A DNA stretch of 64,000 bases from an uncultured Segetibacter sp. GTDB taxonomy: Bacteria; Bacteroidota; Bacteroidia; Chitinophagales; Chitinophagaceae. Made by a program: the position numbers and the translations under genes. The notes under the pieces are model-generated. The model saw only the letters and a program-made list of their open reading frames with translations. It did no database searches and was not told where the DNA came from. This document shows positions 1 to 9,563 of this stretch, one piece after another (the stretch's first letter is position 1; the number at the start of each line of letters is the position of its first letter). The stretch is taken from contig CAXUMK010000001.1 of the NCBI GenBank assembly GCA_964251885.1, positions 22,598 through 86,597 on the forward strand. Direction: 5' to 3'.

Positions 1-137
1 GCCAGTTCACTGCTGCCAAAACTAATGTCCCGGTTAAGCAGTTCCGAAAGGGAACTTTTTGTAACAGTGGGAGACACAGGTTTTACCTGCCTGGTTGTTG
101 TTTTTGGTTCGTAACGGCTAAGGTCTATCGAAGGCAT
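1..137 (-). CDS. 5' end of a CDS running off the window; possibly the GspF/PilC-type platform protein of the adjacent secretion cluster
   Basis: ATG at 137-135 (minus), 4 nt after the stop of the upstream pseudopilin gene. The frame MPSIDLSRYEPKTTTRQVKPVSPTVTKSSLSELLNRDISFGSSELA stays open to the window edge. Function is guessed from position only: the platform protein is the one core component not seen elsewhere in the cluster. Confidence 0.3.
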   Translation of the reverse strand, partial: MPSIDLSRYEPKTTTRQVKPVSPTVTKSSLSELLNRDISFGSSEL

Positions 138-141
138 AGTT

Positions 142-681
142 TTAGGGTTTAATAGCCATCAGGCTTTCTGCACTGTATTTTTTTTTGTAGTGAAAAGGGA
201 TTGTTATATTTTGTAAACTGATAGAAAAAGTGATCTCGTCGATAAGCGGCCTTATATCACTTTCAGTACCTGTCCCGGCCGCTTCGCTTGCCGCCTGTCC
301 ATTATCTTCCACGGACCCGCTTATAGCCTTTCCTTCAAAATAAACCTGAAAAGGGGACGGATCCACTTTAAACGTGTCTATTACACTGCTTATGCGTACC
401 ACTTGTTCCAGCCCGATCTGGTAATGAACCGTTAGTTCCCCATCCTGTATAATGATACCGCCCTGTTCCTGTTCCACGAAAGACGCCTTTTCAAAGTCCC
501 GCCTTAACAGTTCGTCCAAACGTAAAACAATAGCCATCTGTTGGTTTTTTTCTGTAAAACCCAGCCATGACCTGGTAATTATACCGTAAGCAGAATAGGT
601 CATGGCAACGACAATAGCGGCAACGAGCATCGATATGGTTACTTCCATAATGGTAAAAGCAGGAACTGTTGTTTTTTTCAT
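142..681 (-). CDS. Prepilin-type N-terminal domain protein (minor pseudopilin/pilin-like)
   Basis: N-terminus is MKKTTVPA|FTIMEVTISMLVAAIVVAM. It has a short basic leader, Glu at +5 and about 20 hydrophobic residues, which is a class III prepilin signal. It overlaps the upstream gene by 4 nt. Confidence 0.75.
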   Translation of the reverse strand: MKKTTVPAFTIMEVTISMLVAAIVVAMTYSAYGIITRSWLGFTEKNQQMAIVLRLDELLRRDFEKASFVEQEQGGIIIQDGELTVHYQIGLEQVVRISSVIDTFKVDPSPFQVYFEGKAISGSVEDNGQAASEAAGTGTESDIRPLIDEITFSISLQNITIPFHYKKKYSAESLMAIKP

Positions 682-1064
682 GGGCTTACACTTTCTGTTA
701 CGGGCCTGATCTTTTTGACTGAGTCGAGCGGCACGCCTTCTTCATCAAAGGCAGTCAGGCTAACCTGCTGCAAACCGTTGTTTCCCTTATAGGCATCCAC
801 CTGTTGCTCTACTCTTAGTTCGCCCTGGTTAAAGTTTTGGCTACTTACCGAGCTCCCGCTGTCAGCACGAAGGGCAAATTCGGAAAGCACGGCCCTTGCT
901 TTGAGCTTTCTGATTGAAAGGGACAGTTTGAGGACATTGGTATAAATTGTAAGGGCAGTCGTAAAAACAACAACGATCAATACCATTGATACCACAACTT
1001 CCAGCAAAGTGGAGGCCCTTAGCTTTACAGTTAAGCTGCTTACCTTCGGTTCGCTTCCAGCCAT
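678..1064 (-). CDS. Prepilin-type N-terminal domain protein (minor pseudopilin/pilin-like)
   Basis: N-terminus reads ...VKLRA|STLLEVVVSMVLIVVVFTTAL, with Glu at +5 followed by a hydrophobic helix. It is translationally coupled to its neighbours. Confidence 0.7.
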   Translation of the reverse strand: MAGSEPKVSSLTVKLRASTLLEVVVSMVLIVVVFTTALTIYTNVLKLSLSIRKLKARAVLSEFALRADSGSSVSSQNFNQGELRVEQQVDAYKGNNGLQQVSLTAFDEEGVPLDSVKKIRPVTESVSP

Positions 1065-2344
1065 TGCAGTATTTTTTTGTTTTTTCCTGCTACCGGAAGC
1101 AGGCCCGACGTAATGTAATATTTTGAAAGGCCTTTTTCGTCCAAGCGCACATTGATCAAATAATTTTCGTACAGGGTATAAGCAGTTTGGTAAACAAATC
1201 GGTTGGCAAAGACGCTGCCGTTGACCTCAACGCCGTCTTTTAACCGCACAATCCCTTTGGCGTATATTTGTCCATAAATTTTGCTGTTTTTACCCAGTTC
1301 GATTATGGTCTGTGCCTGGCTTTTTTCTTTCTCCCAGCTTATCACTGCGCCCCTGACTATACTACCCTCGCCAATACTAACTTTGGGCTGGCTGCCTTTC
1401 GTACTGTTGGTACTGTTTGCCTTTTCTTTCCCGCCACCCTCCTTTACAGGACGAACCACAGCGAGCGCAGAAGGGTAATCAAATTTGCAACCGCTTTCAA
1501 CTATTAGTGAGTCACGTGCAAATAGCTGGCAAGTACCCCGAAAACCTTTTTTTACGATGATTACCCGTGCAAAAACCAGTACCTGATCCAATTTTGCCGT
1601 ACTTTCAACAACAATGGTGGTATCAGACAAAAGCACAATATTGCCGGATAGCTTGATACCACTGAGGGTAACTGCCTTTTCCCTGAACCCTATAACTTTC
1701 GCCGGCAGTAAAAAAGAACGTTTAAATGAATCCCGCAGGTTAAAAGCGGTGTCGGGGTTTGGGAAAAGCATTTCAGGCGCACTCAGCTTCTCCATGCTTT
1801 TTGCTTCCAGTTCAGGCAACTCCTTGCCACTGTTCTTTTCTTTTCCGATGACTAAACGCTTGTCCCCCTGGTAAGACTTACCGTCAACGTAAGCTTCTCT
1901 GATACCGGCTTTAGGAATAAAAGCCGTCCCGCGTATCAATGTCTTGCCACTAACCGAAAGCGGCCGGTCTTCATCGATCAGGTAAAGTGCGGCCCATTTC
2001 GTAGAATCTATGTCAGAAGCAATTAGGAACGTTTTATATAGCGTATCACGCTGCTGAAAGGCTTTGGCAATCCCCAGATCATATAGCCCCCAGCTTCCTT
2101 TCTCCAACGAAACAGAATCCTTGCCATCCCCAAAAAGGTCTACTACCATTTCCCTTTGACCGCCATAGTCTTTGCTTAACAGCAGGTTTATGGCCGAACC
2201 CAGGTTTAACTGCAGGCGGTCCATCCGAAATTTCTTCTGGTACTGCAATTTGTAAAAGTAGGCGGCGGTAATTAGCGAAGAGCAGATAATGCCTATGACC
2301 AGGGCAATGACAATAACGATATAAAGGGCAGAAGCTTTTAGCAT
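1040..2344 (-). CDS. Membrane-anchored protein in a GspK-like position (large minor-pseudopilin-like); function uncertain
   Basis: 434-aa ORF with one N-terminal hydrophobic helix (ALYIVIVIALVIGIICSSLITAAYF) and no Glu+5. It overlaps the downstream pseudopilin gene. The internal + strand ORFs look spurious. Confidence 0.55.
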   Translation of the reverse strand: MLKASALYIVIVIALVIGIICSSLITAAYFYKLQYQKKFRMDRLQLNLGSAINLLLSKDYGGQREMVVDLFGDGKDSVSLEKGSWGLYDLGIAKAFQQRDTLYKTFLIASDIDSTKWAALYLIDEDRPLSVSGKTLIRGTAFIPKAGIREAYVDGKSYQGDKRLVIGKEKNSGKELPELEAKSMEKLSAPEMLFPNPDTAFNLRDSFKRSFLLPAKVIGFREKAVTLSGIKLSGNIVLLSDTTIVVESTAKLDQVLVFARVIIVKKGFRGTCQLFARDSLIVESGCKFDYPSALAVVRPVKEGGGKEKANSTNSTKGSQPKVSIGEGSIVRGAVISWEKEKSQAQTIIELGKNSKIYGQIYAKGIVRLKDGVEVNGSVFANRFVYQTAYTLYENYLINVRLDEKGLSKYYITSGLLPVAGKNKKILQWLEANRR

Positions 2345-2355
2345 AAGGCCGCTAA

Positions 2356-3102
2356 TTAGTGTTGGTTGTTGTTTACCGGCTTGTTACCGGGTAGGGCCAT
2401 TCCATCGGGTATGATGGCTTTTTTTGCGGCCTCTTTAGCTTTCGACTTTTCTGATTTTTTCTTCGCCCTTAATTCCTTTTTACTTTCCTGCCCGGGTGCG
2501 TTTACCCCTTGCCCTTTAACCTTTTGTGCTTTGTTAAAAGGGTCATGCTTTTTCCAGAATAAGTTACCAGTCTTTTTTTCATCTATCAATACGCCATTTT
2601 TATACCTGCTATAGCTAACGGAATCCATTCCGTTGTAGGCCTCTACCTTGCCATTTAGCACGTCACCCCGGTATTTTCCTTTCCTTTTGAGCCCCCCTTT
2701 CGTGTCATACTCTTTAAAAGTACCCTGTCTTAAACCAGCTTTATAGGACACCTGTTCACGTAGCGAACCGTCCGGGTACCAGTAGCTCCAGTCCCCGGCC
2801 TGTAGCCCTTTTTTGTACCTGCCCTGCGCTTTCAGATTCTTGTTCAGGTAATATTCCTTGTAATTGCCATTAAGTAATTTGCCACTATAACCACCCTGTG
2901 TGCTTCGTACCTGCCCACTGCTGTACCAGAAGTACCTTTTTTCCGTACTGATCGAAGGTGCTGATTTTACCTCTTTGATTTCCGCCAGGATAGTCTTGTC
3001 CTTTTCATTCAGGCAAACTCTCTCAAGCCCGAGATCAGGCATTTTTTGTGCCTTTAAACTAAGTGCAGGGAGTAGGCACAGCAGGTAAAATATTTTTTTC
3101 AT
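2356..3102 (-). CDS. Secreted MORN-repeat-variant (YwqK-like) protein with a Lys-rich C-terminal tail
   Basis: Signal peptide MKKIFYLLCLLPALSLKAQ. Repeated G-x-Y-K-E-Y / G-x-W-x-Y-W-Y-P-D-G / G-T-F-K-E-Y-D units match the MORN variant repeat. The tail is KKELRAKKKSEKSKAKEAAKK. Confidence 0.7.
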   Translation of the reverse strand: MKKIFYLLCLLPALSLKAQKMPDLGLERVCLNEKDKTILAEIKEVKSAPSISTEKRYFWYSSGQVRSTQGGYSGKLLNGNYKEYYLNKNLKAQGRYKKGLQAGDWSYWYPDGSLREQVSYKAGLRQGTFKEYDTKGGLKRKGKYRGDVLNGKVEAYNGMDSVSYSRYKNGVLIDEKKTGNLFWKKHDPFNKAQKVKGQGVNAPGQESKKELRAKKKSEKSKAKEAAKKAIIPDGMALPGNKPVNNNQH

Positions 3103-3635
3103 AAGCCCTTACTGATGGTTGTACTGTTTATCTTGATTATTTTCGATTGCCCCTTATACCAAACCCTGACCGAATCCTGTAGGTTCTTAACTAAGCGTAC
3201 CTCGTCTGCCGTTTCCCCCTCACTCATCATCATGTCCTTACCCCGTATGTTGACCATAGCGATAAGACGTTTGTTTTTCGGGTTCCTTACAAAACCTGAG
3301 TAGCGGATAAAAGCCCAGTCTGTCTGAACAGGCTTTAAAGAAAAAGCCGGAACCGGATGAAAAATTGTTAAATGGTTGGCTAAATGATGTGCCGTGTCCG
3401 GTAGCGTTGACCCGCTTCCAAAAGGGTCACGGTAGTTAAGCCTGAGGCGGGCCGTATCAGGCGTGATGCTGTAGTCGTTCAACACTTCTTTTGGTGCGGC
3501 AGCAGGAGCTGCACCAAACCCCCGCTCCTCAACATCAGTATGAAAAATACGGTACAGGATCAGCCCCCAAACTACGAGGACAGCAAAGCCAAGCGCATAA
3601 GTAGCTTTCTTATTTTTCATTCTCCAAGTTTTCAA
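3099..3635 (-). CDS. Bitopic inner-membrane protein (GspC/PilP-like position)
   Basis: 178 aa with an N-terminal TM segment (YALGFAVLVVWGLILYRIF). The C-terminal beta-rich domain (IRGKDMMMSEGETADEVRLVKNLQDSVRVWYKG) resembles secretin-interacting HR/PilP domains. Weak call, mostly positional. Confidence 0.45.
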   Translation of the reverse strand: MKTWRMKNKKATYALGFAVLVVWGLILYRIFHTDVEERGFGAAPAAAPKEVLNDYSITPDTARLRLNYRDPFGSGSTLPDTAHHLANHLTIFHPVPAFSLKPVQTDWAFIRYSGFVRNPKNKRLIAMVNIRGKDMMMSEGETADEVRLVKNLQDSVRVWYKGQSKIIKINSTTISKGL

Positions 3636-3637
3636 AC

Positions 3638-4600
3638 TTACTGTACTACAAAATTCCGTAGCTCGCTTCCCTGGCTTTCATTGCCTGCCGCATCAATGGC
3701 CGTAATCCGCCAGTAGATCCGTTCGTTAAAAGTCCCTAAAGCGAAACTATAATTTGTTTGTGTTTGAATCAGAGGAAACGTATTGTTATACGTCGTTACC
3801 GAGTCGCTTTTAAATACATAAAGCCTATATTTAGTAGCTGTGGCTACTGCAGCCCATTGCAGGTTGACCGGCATGGAAACGGTAATGCCTTTTGCAGGGG
3901 AAGAAAGCGATGGTTTTGCCGGCGGCGTATGGTCATAGGTAATAACACTGATCGGGGACCAAAGGGAACTTGCCGTATCGTTTTCTGCTCTAACGCGCCA
4001 CTGGTAGCTCTGGTCTTTTTGTAGGGTAAACTTAATGGCAAGCCCGGGGGTTATTTGGTTGTAAACGAGCTTACTGGTATCTGTAAAATTAGCCGTATCA
4101 ATTTGCAAACGGAAGCGGGTCGCCCCGTAAACGTCCCCCCAGGCAAAATTTACCGCTGGCTGGTTCGTCGTTGTACCATTTCCGGGACTTTGCTGCTGGA
4201 CTTTTTGCTGTTTGATCGACGAGGAAAGGATGGTGAAGTTACGTGCTTCAGAATAAGCTGTTTGCGAACTGCCGTTCTGCGCCCGCAGGTGCCACTGGTA
4301 TTTTCCGGGATCAAGGGAAATGGTAAATTTATTAGTGGCAATGATGGTGTCGACTACCAGTGTGCTGATTGAATCAAAGCCGGGGCTAACAATCTGAAAT
4401 CGGTAGTTCAGCGCGTCGTCCGCCTGCTCCCAGTTAAAAGTAATAGCATATTTACTGCTTTGCAGCCCGTTGCCGGGGGCAACCAGCACGACTTTATTAC
4501 CGGCAATATTAGGTTCGATAAACTCCTTACAGGAAACCCAAAACGAGGTTAAGAACGATAAAAAAAGTAAAGTAAAAAGAGCCCCGTGACTTTTTTTCAT
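3638..4600 (-). CDS. Lipoprotein with about four FN3/Ig-like repeats
   Basis: Lipoprotein signal ...FLTSFWVSC. There are four repeats of about 75 aa, each with a Y/F-R-[FL]-Q-I start and a Y-x-W-x-[LV]-R-A...N-F end (YRFQIVS.., FRLQIDT.., YRLYVFK..). Confidence 0.65.
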   Translation of the reverse strand: MKKSHGALFTLLFLSFLTSFWVSCKEFIEPNIAGNKVVLVAPGNGLQSSKYAITFNWEQADDALNYRFQIVSPGFDSISTLVVDTIIATNKFTISLDPGKYQWHLRAQNGSSQTAYSEARNFTILSSSIKQQKVQQQSPGNGTTTNQPAVNFAWGDVYGATRFRLQIDTANFTDTSKLVYNQITPGLAIKFTLQKDQSYQWRVRAENDTASSLWSPISVITYDHTPPAKPSLSSPAKGITVSMPVNLQWAAVATATKYRLYVFKSDSVTTYNNTFPLIQTQTNYSFALGTFNERIYWRITAIDAAGNESQGSELRNFVVQ

Positions 4601-4737
4601 AATGCTAACAAGTAAAACGACAGTTTTTTATACTACAGTTAAAAACTTTTGTACGGAACCTGGAAAAGGTTGTTGTGAAATTCGGGAACTAAATTCATAA
4701 ACCGGTACGTTGCTACATTGGGTAGTTTATAATACTT

Positions 4738-5550
4738 TCATTTGCACTTTTGCATTTGTAATTTAGATTTTAATAGGTTGATCTGTTTTTGCTGTGACCT
4801 GTTCGTCAAGATTACCATCTTTTTTAAATCAAAATATTGTTTATCCTTTTCGATCATATAAAGTGTAAGCTCTTCCACCTTCTTTAGCAGCAATTTGTTC
4901 ATTTCGCCTAAGTTTACACCATTAATTTCCACATCGTTTTCAGAAGGCACTTCAGGTAAATGCCTATTCTTGTCGATGTAATTTTTGAGTAGGTTTAAAC
5001 CAATTGGTTTGTATGTGCGCTTAAAAACATAATCGGGCCAGTTGTTTGCATCTACATTTACCTCTTTCGTATGAATATTGCCATTAACAGCTAATCTATA
5101 ACCGTGATTATCATTCGTACCAAAGCCAACGTTACCATTTACAGATAACATATTGCCATTGGCATTTAAATACCCCCCTAAGGCTAACCCGCCATTGCTG
5201 TCAATAAATACCGGGTTTGCAGAATTATTGGATATTGACTTATCAATACTAAACCGTTGAATGCAACAGTTGCTGTTAACATTTGGGCTCGGGTATTCCC
5301 ATACCTCAAAGGCATTGGGCTTAACACCGTAACCCCCACCTACTGCTGCTGTGTAAATATTCCACTGGTAAGTACTTCCATTTTGCCCCCGGTTTCTCAT
5401 GATAATAGGTGTAAGCCCTTGAGCCTGATCACTACCTGGGTCCTGTTGCACAAGTACCGATTCGCCCGACCAGTTTTGAGCCTCTACCAATGTTACAGAT
5501 AAAAGGATTGTTATCACTGTTAATAATGCATACTTGTTTAATGCTATCAT
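4738..5550 (-). CDS. Secreted fibre-like protein, paralog 1 of 5 (shared C-terminal W-[SP]-D-Y-V-F ... HLP-x-x-PS ... EELTLY module)
   Basis: Signal peptide ...SVTLVEAQ. Contains GNVGFGT..YRLAVNGNIHTKEVNVDANNWPDYVFKRTYKPIGL..NRHLPEVPSENDVEINGVNLGEMNKLLLKKVEELTLYMIEKD, followed by a coiled-coil tail. Confidence 0.75.
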   Translation of the reverse strand: MIALNKYALLTVITILLSVTLVEAQNWSGESVLVQQDPGSDQAQGLTPIIMRNRGQNGSTYQWNIYTAAVGGGYGVKPNAFEVWEYPSPNVNSNCCIQRFSIDKSISNNSANPVFIDSNGGLALGGYLNANGNMLSVNGNVGFGTNDNHGYRLAVNGNIHTKEVNVDANNWPDYVFKRTYKPIGLNLLKNYIDKNRHLPEVPSENDVEINGVNLGEMNKLLLKKVEELTLYMIEKDKQYFDLKKMVILTNRSQQKQINLLKSKLQMQKCK

Positions 5551-5557
5551 AGCCGTA

Positions 5558-6472
5558 CTATAATTTATTAAGGTATTTATTCTTATCCTTTAATATCTTA
5601 ATTTCCTTTTCAATTTTTTTTATTTTCTTGTTATACGCGTTCAATTGTTCGTCCTTTTCAATCAGGTACAATGTCAGCTCCTCAATCTTTTTAAGCATTT
5701 GCATGTTGAGTTCACCCAGGTTTAACCCATTTTGAGCCATCAATTTAGCTGAAGGGATTTCGGGAAGGTGGCTGTTGGTACTGATGTAATTAGCTACTTC
5801 TCTCAAAGGTTTGATCTTATAGTTCTTTTCAAAGACATAATCAGGCCCTGGAACATTCAGGTCCACCTTAACTTCCTGCGCATGGATATTTCCTTTAACC
5901 GCTAAGGTTGCATCTGGGTTCATCGTACCAATACCAACACGTCCATTATTTAAAGTGAGTTCATTCTTATAACCTCTTGCATAAGAACTTAAAACAAGCC
6001 TTGAAACTGAATTATCATACTCAGCATAATCTAAAAAACTTTTGATCATTGGGCCTTTCATATTGTCAGCATAAGAAGTAAAATGGATGCTTGCCCCTGC
6101 ACCGGAAATATTTTGGTAATTCCTTAGTGTTTGATTCCCGGAAACATCTAAGCCAGTTACAGGGCTTAGTGTACCAATACCAATTCTGCCACTAATTAGC
6201 GCGTTGCCCTCGTCATAAGAAATAGCATATCCGGCCGAACGGTAGCCAACCAATAAACTTGTATTAATTATTTTAACAGGCTGTGCATTGGTGCCGGACA
6301 AGTTTAACCCCCAATTTTCTTGAATTGAAGTAGGGTCGCCACCGCTGGTAAATCGAAGCCAGGAACCAGTACCCAAAGGCCCGCCATTTCCTGGGTTCTG
6401 TACGTCCAGTTGGGCAAAGCAGGTAAATTTGAAAATTAAAAAGGAAAAAAAGATAAGATAAGTCTTTTTCAT
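5558..6472 (-). CDS. Secreted fibre-like protein, paralog 2 of 5
   Basis: Signal peptide ...KFTCFAQ. Contains GRVGIGTMNPDATLAVKGNIHAQEVKVDLNVPGPDYVFEKNYKIKPL..NSHLPEIPSAKLMAQNGLNLGELNMQMLKKIEELTLYLIEKD. Confidence 0.75.
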   Translation of the reverse strand: MKKTYLIFFSFLIFKFTCFAQLDVQNPGNGGPLGTGSWLRFTSGGDPTSIQENWGLNLSGTNAQPVKIINTSLLVGYRSAGYAISYDEGNALISGRIGIGTLSPVTGLDVSGNQTLRNYQNISGAGASIHFTSYADNMKGPMIKSFLDYAEYDNSVSRLVLSSYARGYKNELTLNNGRVGIGTMNPDATLAVKGNIHAQEVKVDLNVPGPDYVFEKNYKIKPLREVANYISTNSHLPEIPSAKLMAQNGLNLGELNMQMLKKIEELTLYLIEKDEQLNAYNKKIKKIEKEIKILKDKNKYLNKL

Positions 6473-6639
6473 AAGCAGTTTTTCAACCCGGTCAAATTAT
6501 TAAGGTTTTTCTTCTTCCGTTTACGCCATAGTTCAAAAATAAGTTACTTTGACAGAAAGTAGCTTGAGATAGCAACTCCAATACAAGGTAAGACATCCAT
6601 TTATCTAATTAACTGAACTAATGGAAATTACCTTTTAAA

Positions 6640-7608
6640 ACCCGTAGTGCATTTAAGAAAAAGTTGTGCAACTGCTAAAAAAGCAGTAAATTGAAGTAAC
6701 GACCGGGGCAATTAAGATGCACAACTTTAGGGTAAATTACGATAAAATATTAGAAGTATTGAAAGGTTTAGGTTTTGAAAGTGAGAATTTTCTTTATCAG
6801 ATCAGAAAACCAAAGTTATCTGATTTAAGGGTTATCGCTTTAACGTTTACAGCCGAGTATATGAGCATAGACAGCGAGCACCAATTATTCAGAATTCTAC
6901 CCATTGAATTACGTACTGTTATAGAAAGAAGTGTTTACAACAGGCGTAAAAGGCGGCTGTTTTTTTATCTTGAAATGATAAGACGTAAACTGGCAGTAAG
7001 TTTAGGACAAGATGAAAGCTGTCTTATCGTAGACAGTATGCCTTTAGAAGTATGTAAATTAGCCAGAAGTGGGAGGAGCAAAATTTGTAAAGAAGCTGAT
7101 TATGCCCGGCCTGATATTGGTTATTGTGCTGCTCAAAAGCTGCATTACTACGGTTATAAGCTACATGCCGTATGTACCAAAAAAGGTGTTTTTCAAAGCC
7201 TGGACATCACACCCGCCTCCGTGCATGATCTGCACTTTCTGAAAGACATCAAAACACAATTCAACAACTGCCTTTTGTTGGGTGATAAGGGTTACTTATC
7301 GTCAGAATACCAATTGAATCTTTTTGAAAATAACCAGATCAAACTCGAAGTTCCCATGCGCAAAAATCAACTCAGCTATCAAAAGCAAACTTTTATATTC
7401 CAAAAATCAAGAAAGCGGATTGAAACATTGTTTTCCCAACTTTGCGACCAATTCATGATCAGAAGAAATTACGCCAAAAGCTTTGCCGGTTTCAAAACCC
7501 GAATCTTATCCAAAATAACAACCCTTACTATTATTCAATTTATCAATAACAGTCTGAACCGAAATATAAACAACCTTAAAATTAATATTGCCTAAATGCA
7601 CTACGGGT
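6640..7608 (+). mobile_element. IS982-family insertion sequence, complete (969 bp)
   Basis: 16-bp perfect terminal inverted repeats: acccgtagtgcattta (6640-6655) and taaatgcactacgggt (7593-7608). An 8-bp direct target duplication cttttaaa lies at 6632-6639 and 7609-7616. Encloses one DDE transposase ORF. Confidence 0.88.
6717..7595 (+). CDS. IS982-family DDE transposase
   Basis: 292 aa. Motifs IVDSMPLEVC, YYGYKLH and LLGDKGY are typical of IS982 transposases as I recall them. This is the only + strand gene in the first 27 kb. Confidence 0.85.
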   Translation: MHNFRVNYDKILEVLKGLGFESENFLYQIRKPKLSDLRVIALTFTAEYMSIDSEHQLFRILPIELRTVIERSVYNRRKRRLFFYLEMIRRKLAVSLGQDESCLIVDSMPLEVCKLARSGRSKICKEADYARPDIGYCAAQKLHYYGYKLHAVCTKKGVFQSLDITPASVHDLHFLKDIKTQFNNCLLLGDKGYLSSEYQLNLFENNQIKLEVPMRKNQLSYQKQTFIFQKSRKRIETLFSQLCDQFMIRRNYAKSFAGFKTRILSKITTLTIIQFINNSLNRNINNLKINIA

Positions 7609-7739
7609 CTTTTAAACTATACTTTTAATGGATAGGATGATTAGCGGATACTTTAGATGCTTCTTTTACTATACAAAAACCTTTCCTTCAAATGATAAGT
7701 TAACGAAAGCTTATTTTGACAAAGCCTTTTGTTTATCAA

Positions 7740-8633
7740 TTACATTTCTACATTTTTTTGGTGACCGGTTACAAGCCGTAGCTGCTTTTTAATTAATTTT
7801 ATTTCAGCCGCTTGGCCTACAAATCTTTCCTGCTGCGCTTTTAGCTTTTTTATTTCTTTATCCTTCTCGATTAGGTATAACGTGAGTTCCTCTATCTTTC
7901 GGAGTAATAGCGCATCAGCTTGTCCAACATTAATACCTTTTTTTTCTACTTCTGTCGCCGAGGGTACGTCCGGCAAATGTTTGTTTTTGATAATAAACCG
8001 TTCTACTTCTTTTAAGGGGCGCAAAGTATAGTTATCAAAGAAAACATAATCAGACCAGCCTGCATCAACTTTAATTTCTTTCGCCCTGACTGTCCCGTTG
8101 ACAGAAAGCTTATAGGCAGGATCAGGCGCGGAAGTATTAATGCCTATATTCCCTTCACTACCTGTTACCAATACGGGTATGATGTTTAATGGTGTAATTT
8201 CTGAGAGTCCGGCAGGAGGCGATAAAGACGTTGTATTACTGATTAAGCTGGTTGCGTTACCCCCTAACATCACAGATTTTACTGCAATTGCTGTAAAATT
8301 ATTTGTAAGCAGGTAAAAATCAATTCCTCCTCCGGAGTTGTTGTAAGCGTGCAGGCTGTACCGGTCCGCATTGTTACTGGCCATGGTAATCTGCCTTATT
8401 TGTAAACGGTCCCTGTTAGCAATAAAATAAGTGGTTTCCCCTGTAAAATTAGATTCCCAACCCCCTCCCAAAACGTCAACTTTTATTTTATGCAGATTGC
8501 CAGCATTACTTACCGGCAAGCTTCCTAGATAAATATATGTTGCATTCCAGGGGAAAGTGGTGACTTCAGTACCATATTGCGCTTTGGCAAGTATTGGGGC
8601 TATCACTAAAATACAAACGAATAACTTTTTCAT
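7740..8633 (-). CDS. Secreted fibre-like protein, paralog 3 of 5
   Basis: Signal peptide ...APILAKAQ. Contains GNIGINTSAPDPAYKLSVNGTVRAKEIKVDAGWSDYVFFDNYTLRPL..NKHLPDVPSATEVEKKGINVGQADALLLRKIEELTLYLIEKD. Confidence 0.75.
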   Translation of the reverse strand: MKKLFVCILVIAPILAKAQYGTEVTTFPWNATYIYLGSLPVSNAGNLHKIKVDVLGGGWESNFTGETTYFIANRDRLQIRQITMASNNADRYSLHAYNNSGGGIDFYLLTNNFTAIAVKSVMLGGNATSLISNTTSLSPPAGLSEITPLNIIPVLVTGSEGNIGINTSAPDPAYKLSVNGTVRAKEIKVDAGWSDYVFFDNYTLRPLKEVERFIIKNKHLPDVPSATEVEKKGINVGQADALLLRKIEELTLYLIEKDKEIKKLKAQQERFVGQAAEIKLIKKQLRLVTGHQKNVEM

Positions 8634-8686
8634 ATCAATAGGTTTTTTAACAGTAAGACAACATATTTACCGGGTTAACATTTATT

Positions 8687-9319
8687 TCAATTTCTCTTTT
8701 TCGTTAATTTTTCAAGCCTGCTGATCCGCAAACCCTGCGCTTTTACTTCCGCATCTTTTTCAATTAAATAAAGTGTCAGCTCCTCCACTTTTTTAAGCAG
8801 TAGCTTATTCATCTCACCCACATCAATCCCCTTTTCCGCCACATCCTTTTCTGTTGGCACATCCGGCAGATGATGGTTTTGTCCGAGGTAAGTTTTGAGT
8901 GCCGGTAAAGCCATCACTTGGTATTTTCTGTTAAAAACATAGTCCGGCCAATTGTCCCTGAGCTTTACAGTAACGGAGTTAGCAATTGTATTACCATTTA
9001 TGGCCAACTGAAAACCATAGGGTATGGAATTCGTGTTAATCCCCATCCCGTTATCCGTAATTATAACGAGATCGCTAAGGTTTGGCGTATTCCTAAATGC
9101 AAAACCATTACCTGTTACAGATCTGAATTTTAATTGACCGCTGTTATCAAGCCATATTCCGGCCCGAGGGTCATGTGTCCATCCTGTCGCATCAGAATTG
9201 AACAATGCAATGTGGGGGCTATCGCCGGCAGCACTGTTAAGCGTTATGTTCTGAATTTGGCTATAACCGGCTGTAATAAAGACCGAACAAAACAGGGTAG
9301 AGAGGCCGGTGAACTTCAT
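8687..9319 (-). CDS. Secreted fibre-like protein, paralog 4 of 5 (shortest)
   Basis: Signal peptide ...FITAGYSQ. Contains GMGINT..FQLAINGNTIANSVTVKLRDNWPDYVFNRKYQVMAL..NHHLPDVPTEKDVAEKGIDVGEMNKLLLKKVEELTLYLIEKD. Confidence 0.75.
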   Translation of the reverse strand: MKFTGLSTLFCSVFITAGYSQIQNITLNSAAGDSPHIALFNSDATGWTHDPRAGIWLDNSGQLKFRSVTGNGFAFRNTPNLSDLVIITDNGMGINTNSIPYGFQLAINGNTIANSVTVKLRDNWPDYVFNRKYQVMALPALKTYLGQNHHLPDVPTEKDVAEKGIDVGEMNKLLLKKVEELTLYLIEKDAEVKAQGLRISRLEKLTKKRN

Positions 9320-9563
9320 AGAATTTGGTAGTTAGGGCTTAAAAAAGAAGTTAGTAACTGTTCGTGTAGAAATTAATAATTTCTTACCAAGTTTATTGTT
9401 AAGTAAAAGCTTATCCTTAATCAAACATATTTATAGGCTTTCAGCCTTTTGTGTAGTATCTGGGTTAAGTTTTGATGCCTTAATCTACAGTTGTCTGTAT
9501 AACTAATAACAGCCTAAGAATAGTTTTCAGGGCAAAAAACAGCCATTATTACTTGAGCAACGC

